This document shows, piece by piece, positions 52,830 through 61,942 of a stretch of 64,000 nt of DNA (the first letter of the stretch is position 1; each line of letters begins with the position of its first letter). This stretch comes from Euprymna scolopes. Taxonomy: Eukaryota. The notes under the pieces are model-generated. The model was given only the letters and a program-made list of their open reading frames with translations. It was not told the DNA's origin and did no database searches. The DNA is taken from the NCBI GenBank assembly GCA_053919585.1, contig CM132792.1; one strand, given 5' to 3'. The translations under genes and the position numbers were made by a program.

Positions 52830-53025
52830 TTGGCCGGCATTTTCACGTTCTTTACATCTTGGCTGCCCGAAGTTATGCTGCTTCCCCTGTCATCTTGAGT
52901 CGTCCAATCTCTTTGATGGCCAGCTAACAACTGCTTAGAATCTCCCCAAATCTACATCAATCATGCGTTTCTTAACCTCACATCATTTCGTGTCTCGGAC
53001 CAACCTAATGCCCCCAATCTAGTTA
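52830..53025 (-). mobile_element. Possible RTE LINE 3' relic
   Basis: Weak resemblance to the L.W.GHV.R..G.R..GRP..W C-terminus. Confidence 0.25.
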
Positions 53026-53930
53026 TTTGTTTATGCAAAGCAAAAACAATGTTTACATCTGTTTTCTATTTATACTTTCCTTTTGCGATATTATTATTTT
53101 ATATATGTCAAGCATTTTTCACAATTTAATTGTTTATTTTTCTGAACATAATGATTGTTTCATCGACANNNNNNNNNNNNNNNNNNNNNNNNNNNNNNNN
53201 NNNNNNNNNNNNNNNNNNNNNNNNNNNNNNNNNNNNNNNNNNNNNNNNNNNNNNNNNNNNNNNNNNNNNNNNNNNNNNNNNNNNNNNNNNNNNNNNNNNN
53301 NNNNNNNNNNNNNNNNNNNNNNNNNCCTGCTTGTCACAGTTAACACAGATACTACGCTGTGATCACAGCCGAAAGGGTCACAGCATTACACTTTGGCGTC
53401 ACAACTGCAGATTTATCATACCGATGAGATCTTATTTTGGTTGTGAATATTACACGATTCTGAATATCTTGTGATGGTTTACTTATGGGGAATATGTCTT
53501 TATACCAGATTATCCGACTACTTGTGCTGGCGAAACGTTAAGCGTTCGAAGAAGGTGTTTTTTACGCATTCAATTTCTTTATATACACATACATGGACAT
53601 GCATCTTTCTGAATATATACTGTGCCTACTGAGCCTGCAGGTATGAATAAGGTTTGCGTATCAGTTTATTTCCATGAATTATTGAACGTGTGTGTTCATA
53701 ATGTTTTCGGAAAATATGGGTTTATTGAAATTGATATTGTTACACGCAAAGTCCTGCTAAGATAAACCTACGGGCTACCACATGCTAAAAAGGCGTGCTG
53801 TCACGTGTCACATAGATCACATACGTAAAGTGTTTGGTGTGTAAAGTGTTTGCTCTCAATTGAGAATAATTTTAATATAATATTGAGATCTTTCGTCATT
53901 GCGAACCCTAATGCATACCTAGTTATTGTG

Positions 53931-53980
<50 letters not shown>

Positions 53981-55128
53981 GAAAGTTTTCTCTGTTTACA
54001 CGTTTCATGAGTGTATACTTACTTCATATCATAAAAGGCATCCGCTAAAGCCATATAAATTCACTTTGACTTCGAGACTTCAAACCCTGATAGGTAATCA
54101 GGCACCTGNNNNNNNNNNNNNNNNNNNNNNNNNNNNNNNNNNNNNNNNNNNNNNNNNNNNNNNNNNNNNNNNNNNNNNNNNNNNNNNNNNNNNNNNNNNN
54201 NNNNNNNNNNNNNNNNNNNNNNNNNNNNNNNNNNNNNNNNNNNNNNNNNNNNNNNNNNNNNNNNNNNNNNNNNNNNNNNNNTTTAAACGTTTTATGAATG
54301 TATACTTCATATCGTAAAAGACATCCGCTAAAGCCATAATAATTCACTTTGATTTCTGAGTTAACCTTAATTGAAATATATCCCTTGCAAGATCAAAATG
54401 CAAAACCATCAACGAGCAAACTTTATATGATTGAGCAAGAAAAAAGTTATGTAACCTTTTAAACTTGTTTAGTGAAAGAAATGATAAAGATCCAATTCTG
54501 GATGAAATCTATCGATAAAAACATTGTCTCATCTCTTAAAATATATTAAACATCGATAAATACCACAACTCACAAGCGTTGTTTTAAAATTTAGTTAAAT
54601 ATATTCAATATAAAGAAATGTAGTGCATCATTCTAATAATAATTAAAAATAGATTGAACATTACACAATTGTATTTATTTTACTAGATTTAAAACAACAC
54701 TATTATAAGGCTAATTATTATTACTGAATTTAACATTATATTATTATAAGAATAATTATAAATACTCGATGTAATACCACATTATTAATATAATAGTTAC
54801 TCGAGGGGCCTGTGGAAATTCCACAACAGACTCTTTTATATGTAATATATTGATGTTGGCATTGTGTAGCTGTTCAGTGTAAATGCAGACGCCCAGATAT
54901 GATTGTTGCTCTTTTGTTAAAACTGCAAAAATATTTATCTAAGCAAGCCTAGCTTGGTCGTAAGATACGCTTAAATAAAATGTTTCAATTTATTCACATT
55001 TAGTATATATTATTATAGGGTCAAATTCGTATCGATTCTTATATATTTCAAAGTTGTGATTTCAAAAATATACCGACACTGGCTGGGTGTATCAGTTTTA
55101 ATCAAAAACAACATGAAAACCTATGCAA

Positions 55129-55199
<71 letters not shown>

Positions 55200-55239
55200 T
55201 CTGCATGAGTTTTAATGTAATGTTTTCAATGTTATAAAC

Positions 55240-55420
55240 TAGTACGCTTGTATTCTTTCGTAGCCTGGTGCTTTCCAGTTCGCCATTTTTTGGAGGGTTG
55301 TCTTAAATGTTTTATTCTCTGTCCCTATCTCGATTTTCTGTGACATTTTCTTGATGTATTTCAACCAGTCGTCATGTCTTTTAAGATAAAATCGCTCTTT
55401 TCTCATCTGGCTTAAGTAGC
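55240..55420 (-). mobile_element. R4/Dong-type non-LTR retroelement fragment (pre-RT region)
   Basis: HDDWLKYIKK..LQKMANWKAPGYERIQAY. Confidence 0.7.
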
Positions 55421-55479
55421 GTATTGGGTCTATTGGGTCCGATTGTTCTGTTCGTTTTTTTTCACATCTAGATATAGTT

Positions 55480-55713
55480 GACTTTGTTGTTATTGTTGTT
55501 GTTATTATTATTTTTATTGTTATAATTATCATTATTATTATTGTTTATTATTATTATTATCATTATTATTACTACTACTACTAATTATATATTTAACTCA
55601 GCAATATAATAATGATAATTCTTACTGCTAGATATAACAATTATTACGATAATTACTATAATAACAGTTTACAACACATTATTAATATTTTACATATTAT
55701 TAAAATTAAAAGA

Positions 55714-55772
<59 letters not shown>

Positions 55773-55806
55773 GGTGGTGGTGGTGATGGTGTTATCATTA
55801 TTATTA
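55480..55806. repeat. (TTG)n/(TTA)n trinucleotide field
   Basis: Seen directly. Confidence 0.9.
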
Positions 55807-55899
55807 CAGGTTTCTTTAGAATCTCAGTACCATTCCGCTCAAAATTACATTCAATTTCATGCAAATGATTATATAATTGTTAGGACAGCTTTTCATTGA

Positions 55900-55979
55900 T
55901 TTTTAACTGGCAATAACGTTTTCACACTACGCTGTTGGGAAGATTCCTTTCCGCAATCTTCACAACTAAAAGATTTCTC
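55900..55979 (-). pseudogene. C2H2 zinc-finger relic (second finger)
   Basis: EKSFSCEDCGKESSQQRSVK; the His residues are lost. Confidence 0.6.
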
Positions 55980-55984
55980 TCATT

Positions 55985-56813
55985 GTTTCATTTTTCTTAT
56001 CATTTTGTTTAAGCCAGGGATGGGGCATCCTACCAGATGCCAAACATACACCTGCTATTTTAGACACTCCAACCGAGAGATCTTTTTAAGATTCTAACCG
56101 TCACTTTAAGTGCAATTGTTTGAATCTCCTTTGCACTTGGTTTACCTGGTATATTTGTAAGATAGTTTGTAAAATTCTTTTTCATAAGTCCGGTTGCTCC
56201 TATAATTACTGGAATGATAGAGATCTTCTTAAGGTTCCAGTTTCTTTTCATGTCATACATAAGACCCTGGTATTTGGTAATCTTTTCCCTCTCAGCTCTG
56301 TTTAACCCAGCATCATTCGGGACACTAACTTCTACCAAGGTTGCTTCCTTCTCCTTCTTGTCCCATATTACAATGTCGGGTTTTATAGCTCCGTTTTCTA
56401 GGTACGTGGCTGTAGGGATTGCATAGTCATAGTGGATGGTATATGACTTGTTTCCGACTGTTCTTTCGGGTATATGTTCCCATGACTTCTTGCTGCATTC
56501 GATATTTTACTTATTGCAGATCGTCCGGTGGAGATATTTGCATACTTCATTGTGTCGCATTGTATAGTAGCCGTCCCCTAGCAGAACCTTACAGCTAGAA
56601 ATCAGGTGGCTCACACTCTCTACTTCTGTGTGGCAGAACCTGCATTTGTTATCTTTGCTGAGACCACTCATCTTTTTAAACGCATTCGTCATCAAGCCTT
56701 GATCTTGGGCAGCTATTATAAACTTCTCCTGGTCATAGTGGAGCGATCCATCCTTAAGCCAGCTTATAGACCCTTTCTTATCAATATAGTCTTGGTTATA
56801 TTCGTCCAGAAAA
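55985..56813 (-). mobile_element. 5'-truncated R4/Dong-type retroelement: CCHC knuckle plus restriction-like endonuclease
   Basis: WLKDG..AAQDQ..CRFC..ESVSHLISSC..RHNEV..KPDIVIWD..VEVSVP..EKITKY..IPVIIGATG. One internal stop; short 3'UTR with an A-rich tail. Confidence 0.93.
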
Positions 56814-56891
56814 TGTATGCGTTCATATATGTCTTCTCATACTCCCCTCATCACATAAAGCCTTCCCACAAACTGGGCAAATTGATTTCTC
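56814..56891 (-). pseudogene. C2H2 zinc-finger relic (first finger)
   Basis: EKSICPVCGKALCDEGSMRRHI*THT, exact C-x2-C-x12-H-x3-H spacing. Confidence 0.7.
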
Positions 56892-57436
56892 TATAGATTT
56901 CTGGCCTAGTCGCTGCTTTCTCCCACATAATTCCACCCTTTTTGCCCAGGTGTTTAGTTAATGTTTGTCGACGTTTTTGAAGAATGTTGTTATCTGACAC
57001 TTTTTCAGATCCAGTTGTCTTTGTCCAGCATTTTACTTCCCAATCTTTTTTGTTTTACTCCTATTGCGGTTTATCTAAGGCCATTTAGCGTTTGTAGCTT
57101 ATGTGAATCACTCTTTTCAGATTTCAAACGTTTTCGTAATCGTTATGCGTTTTAAACTTCCCAGCATTAACTCTACCTTTAATTTCTACGATTCAGTTTT
57201 TAATTTTTTTTCATGTTTGTTTTTAGTGTTCCTTCTATTATTGACGTTTGTTTGGAGTTTTCTGCTCCGTATCCCTTTAATCTGTGATGGGACAGTTTTG
57301 CGGAGCTAACGTGTGTCGATGTTAATCCCGCAAATTCAAAATAATAAATAAGAATAGTGATAAGAATCGAGTGTAAAATGGAGTTGAAACAATTAAGCAA
57401 AGATGACTGGGACGAATGGATAACTTAAACACAAAA

Positions 57437-57442
57437 TTTATT
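57437..57442 (-). promoter_or_regulatory. Candidate polyadenylation signal AATAAA
   Basis: ~260 nt downstream of the stop at 57701, in a U-rich minus-strand tract. Confidence 0.35.
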
Positions 57443-57700
57443 TCTAAAAGGATTGTAATTGAATGAAAAGAAAAGATAGGAAATTTTCTTATACCTGCGA
57501 CTGAGGTGATTAAATGAAAAGATGTAGAAAAGTGAAAGTTCCTGGTTAGAAATAACCAGTCTTTTTACGAAGATGTAAACAATATAAAAAGTCCACCGCT
57601 TACTTAGCGGAGAGATAGAAAAGGGTAAAAAAATAAAAAAGTCCATTAGGATGCAAGTCCGTATCCACGTGGAGGACTTAATTGACGGGCGTGCGTGTGT

Positions 57701-57818
57701 TTAACGTCCAAACGCGGACGGGTCGATGTTGATGTTTACGCCATGGCGTTCAAAATTCGACTCATCGTTTAGGCGAAACATGCCCTTCTTATACTTGTCC
57801 GACTGGCTCCAGCAGGGC
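57701..57818 (-). CDS. Putative terminal coding exon of an unidentified host gene (xPCWSQSDKYKKGMFRLNDESNFERHGVNINIDPSAFGR*)
   Basis: Poly-T tract plus CTGAAG acceptor at 57835-57819. GC-richer, stop-free frame (the other two frames stop early), TAA at 57703-57701, U-rich downstream region with AATAAA, and no TE motifs. Confidence 0.55.
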
Positions 57819-58317
57819 CTTCAGAAAAAAAAAAACATTTTCTAAAAATGTGTTTTCCTTATAATCCGATTCGATGAAAAGAATAACATTCTTATGACGT
57901 AAGATGCTTTAAGTGGCGTCCGCACGAACAACTGAAGTTCCGTTTTAGACCCACCGAATTTGCGTGGGCGGGCATAGGGAAATGTACGCGCAGCTGAAAC
58001 GATGTTTATACATCCAGGAGCAACTGGGTTTACTGTTGAGGCAGCGCGGCATTATTTTGTTTTTTAGTAGATTCTACGCGCGCGCGTCGGGGATGCGATA
58101 ACAGTGAAATGTACGGCTGTGCACCGCTTTCTTTTTGATACATATTATATTTGACCGGTGTGCCCATCTGTATGTCCATGTCTGATATGATTGTATGAGT
58201 TCCGCTTTCAAGCGTTGCTTCTGGTGTGAGTTTGTATCATTTCTTTGGATTTTCGACATGCAATGGTTTAAATCTCAGTATACTCCCTTCCCTGTATGAC
58301 CGTGTATATTCTATATT

Positions 58318-58318
58318 C

Positions 58319-58378
<60 letters not shown>
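58318..58378. repeat. (TAT)n microsatellite
   Basis: Seen directly. Confidence 0.95.
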
Positions 58379-58379
<1 letters not shown>

Positions 58380-58669
58380 CATTTAACTTAATTTAACACC
58401 ATATCTACGAAGTGTAAACTGGTTGATCACAGTCAAAAGGAACCCAAGGGCACACTACATATTAGCAATTTAATCGAGATGGTGATGAAGGCGCCACGTC
58501 ACCTTATAATGCTAACTGTAGTGCAAGGATCATATAGGTATAACAATGCCATAGATTTACAGCCCATTTGCAACAGCGCATACAATTTTTCAAACGAAAC
58601 CGATCACCTGTGATGCAAATATTAAAGAGTCTTGGGTTTTAAGATTTCACATAATGTTTTAGTGTTATT

Positions 58670-58864
58670 TATTATAACTAAGGCTATGACAAGAGAATAT
58701 TTTTTCTTTGTCAGACTCTCGAGTATATATACGACACAGTATGACACAGTTAATCAATTGATAACCACATTACTCTATCTAAAACATATCAGATATAAAC
58801 TGATATATACTCGAGAGTCAAAATAATGAAAATAATTTTCATTTGTCATGGCTTTAATTATAAC
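58670..58864. repeat. MITE-like fold-back, ~60-bp imperfect inverted arms
   Basis: Perfect core gactctcgagtatatat / atatatactcgagagtc, plus outer attataactaaggctatgacaa / ttgtcatggctttaattataa. Confidence 0.7.
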
Positions 58865-58869
58865 ATTGT

Positions 58870-59415
58870 TGTCTGTGTTTTTCAATTGATTTTGGATGAA
58901 TCTGATGCATTGAATAAAAAATGTGTACATGTTGCATTTTTTATATTTTTGTTCAGATATACGCAGGCGTGGTGTATTTCAGAATTAGTGGGTGTAAAAT
59001 TCCATGTTTTGATGAAAAATTATTATTTCAATGGAAAATAGTATTCTGGTCTAAGAGTTCCAGGTGTTATGTTGAAAAGAGACCAGTTTGATGTCAGAAA
59101 TCTCAAAACAAATTAATGATTAGTATACACGAATAGAGAGTGAACTGTGAACGTCTACAGAGAAAAAAGTCTTCCCATCGCTGCATATCAAGCTCAGCTG
59201 AATCAAGCAGTTCACCGAAGCTCTGAAGAAGAATTATGATTCCTTGACTTACTTGTGCCAGGCGTTTGTCACGTTTGAAAACGGCATCTTTGACCGTACT
59301 TAGATCCGGCAGCTTATCAGAGATGCAGGGTTCAAAAACTAAATTAACGAAATGAAACTAGAAGCGTATAAGGGACCGTTCAGTTAGTAAAGTACTTTGT
59401 TGGCAGCAATAAGAA
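58870..59415 (+). mobile_element. Second, older Chapaev3 derivative
   Basis: 58870-58920 resembles the subterminal sequence at 45366-45417. Reads LHIKLS*IKQFTEALKK..GIFDRT*IRQLIRDAGFKN. Confidence 0.75.
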
Positions 59416-59421
59416 CTGAAA

Positions 59422-59588
59422 TTTCAGAGATTATATCACCATAAAGTTTATAGTGACCTATATTAACCAGTAACTGATATTTCTATCAAGTAACCAATGG
59501 ATGTTTCAGAGAGCGTATCACCATTAAGTTTATAGTAACCGATATCAACCAGTAACTGATATTTCTATCAAGTAATCGATAGCTGTTT
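59422..59588. repeat. ~82-bp tandem duplication
   Basis: tttcagag..tatcaccat.aagtttatagt..accagtaactgatatttctatcaagtaa occurs twice. Confidence 0.9.
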
Positions 59589-59639
59589 GTTGGTAAAATA
59601 TGGTTGTCTTTTAAAAACGTATTAATGATGATGTGTGAC

Positions 59640-59890
59640 GTTTCTGAATTTTTGAGATGAGGATTGGTTATTTGTATTATTATTCATCGGATTACTGTTC
59701 TCATCGTGAGTGTGATTTTCACAACGTTTCGATCGATACAATCTCCGACCTGCTTCAGGTGTATCTTGTCGAACACGGAAATGTTTCTGTCTAACGCGAG
59801 AATTTGGACGGAATTTCGAGCGGCACCCTTTATTTTCTTCACGGGGCAGCGTACTCTTGTGTTACAGGAACGTGCTGTCCACTTCTCATG
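59640..59890 (-). mobile_element. PLE terminal repeat with a hammerhead relic at 59720-59761
   Basis: Minus strand: CAC-CUGAAGc-A-GGUCG..CGAUC-GAAA-CG-UU-GUG. Same family as 28930-29420. Confidence 0.7.
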
Positions 59891-60951
59891 GAAGTAAGGT
59901 AGCAGACTAGATAAGTGAAAATTATATTAGAGAAAAGCTAGAATCGAACCCTGTAGACAAGTGGATAATTGAAATCCTATGAATGGAGGTTATTGTAACT
60001 TCCTTTAGAAATAAATGAATATAATTTATGTTGGAAAACGCGAGTGGGCATTCTTTTAGAATAACTGGATATTAAATATGGCAGTTAAAAGAATGGGCAC
60101 TACGGGTTTAAAGATAGTGTTTAAAATAGGTTAGTTCTTAAACAATTAGAATTGGGAATTCTTTTTTGCTAAAAGTGTGTTTCGACAGACATATGTAAAT
60201 CCACGTGAAAGTTAGTTACGTTGGAAACTACATTCCGACGTCATAAACAAGGAGATTCCTCAATATATGAACCGAGGGTTCGGTGATACAATCAATTGAC
60301 AAATGGAGAAAGATAGACCATGTAGTCGAAAAGGCTTGAATTTTTGCCTTCATCAATCGGCCGACGGATGAATAAAGAAATCCGCATTAATAATTTTGAT
60401 GGCTATGTTGTCTCGTGTCGTATTTACAGCCGAAAAGGTAAATGTGCTTTGTATATTCATATATAAGCGAATTTTTGTATAACCCTTCCAGGTATCATGT
60501 ATCCTTCCCAGCATCACAAATAATGTATCTCCCCTCTTCTGTGTGAATAACAGTTGCATCAATATCTCCCAGACACTATTAATATGAAGTCGCCAAGAAT
60601 CATTGCAGTCTGTTATAAATGTCTTCCTCCGGATATATCATATCGTCGTCATGATGTTCAAAGAACTGTTATAAATATTTCCCCGTCTGAATTGTCATCA
60701 CCATCGGTATTCGGGTATTATGTTCCGTCATCCATGACTGGATAGTGGTCCTAAGTAATTCGCAAATGTATTTGTCGGCCAGGATTGCACCTTCAACCTA
60801 CAGGAGATTATCACTTTTACAATTGATTTTTCCGGTATTTTAACAATTGTGCCACGGGTCCTTGCGAGTAATTCAATCAGGAATTCTAGGAGACTTAACC
60901 CTATTTTTTTATTTATATATGAAAATATCACTGTTTATTACTTATTATTAC

Positions 60952-60985
<34 letters not shown>

Positions 60986-61019
60986 TATATACTTATTACT
61001 TGTGTATATAAATTATTTT

Positions 61020-61629
61020 ACTCATTACTTGTATATATTGACTAGAAATACTGGTTCCCATTTCCTAGTAAATTCTATACTAGGTCTACTTAGCAGTTGG
61101 TTATTCCTCAGCATATACGCTGCTTCTTTCAGTCGTCTTACTCTCCACCGTTCGTCTCTGTCTATAATTTTTACTTCATCCCATAATTGTAGATGGTTTC
61201 CCGTGTCTTTCCAAATATGGTTAGCTATACCTGACTTTTCAGTTTCTTCACGTACTACGGGTGTTCGATGTTCTTCTAACCGTACTTTCAACGAACGACG
61301 TGTATATTTTTCCACATTTCAATGGGATTTCATATGCACGGTTCTTAATAATGATTTCTTTTGTAGGGGGCTTGACTCTCACAAACTGTTTTCGGAGAGT
61401 TGAATCACTCCTGAATACTGCCCTGATGTCATATAGATTACACATTCGTTGAAGTTTTTCAGACAAGCTCTTCATATATGGTATACAAAGTGTGGTGAGT
61501 TTCTGAGTGGTGTCCTTTTGTGTTTCGTCTAGACTTCTTGAAGCTGATGTGATGCTCTCTCTCGATAGTTGTTTCTGTGGAGGGTTTCTTATAAACTGTC
61601 CATCTCCTCTTGATGTGCACTGATGTTCT
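61020..61629 (-). mobile_element. Penelope-like element: RT thumb/linker plus GIY-YIG endonuclease, interrupted at its 5' side by a Gypsy insertion
   Basis: LCIPYMKSLSEKLQR..AYEIPLKCGKIY..RSLKVRLEEHR..KSGIANHIW..RRLKEA. Confidence 0.92.
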
Positions 61630-61942
61630 TGTTGCAAAGAATAAAAAAGAGTACAAAAAACCTCAGCTCACTGCAGTTGCGTCGTCTGTCCGTACTTTCC
61701 GTATAGTCGTTTTCACGTCTGTCCCATCTACTCCAGTGGCCTGTTTTTATAAAAGACAGAGTCCTCCACATTTTCATCTGTGCATATGTGCGCGAGAGTA
61801 CACGAGATCCTGCGAGACTGAATTGTTATATAAGGCCGCAGGCGCCATCTTGGGCCCTTTTCAGTATGATGACGCTGCGTCGGCAAAGCGCACACCGAGG
61901 CCGTTTAAGATTTAAGCCTGCGTTCCCACAATTTTCGCAACA
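61630..61942 (-). repeat. Gypsy 3' LTR (313 bp)
   Basis: TGTTGC...GCAACA inverted ends, immediately preceded by the PPT AAGGAGGAG (61951-61943). Confidence 0.9.

Larger units (their letters stand above)
11392..54281. other. Nine assembly gaps within this span: 11392-11548, 12457-12688, 15056-15222, 17244-17529, 18291-18423, 28498-28632, 44788-44945, 53169-53325, 54109-54281
   Basis: Runs of N. Confidence 0.98.

Noticed and set aside
5838-54347. Many ORF-track entries rich in YIYI, VCVC, HTHT, LLLL or X
   Set aside because: They are translations of stop-free microsatellites or N gaps, not genes.
56892-57300. RTE-like C-terminal relic upstream of zinc finger 1
   Set aside because: Similarity too weak to call by eye.
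60310-60360. Minus-strand TGATGA-AGGC..GCCT..GTC hammerhead-like string
   Set aside because: C3 and GAAA are both missing, so it is too degraded to call.
59950-60900. Faint PLE-like (LPY..R..QHK) and APE-like (MILGDF) words on the minus strand
   Set aside because: Isolated short matches without ordered supporting motifs.
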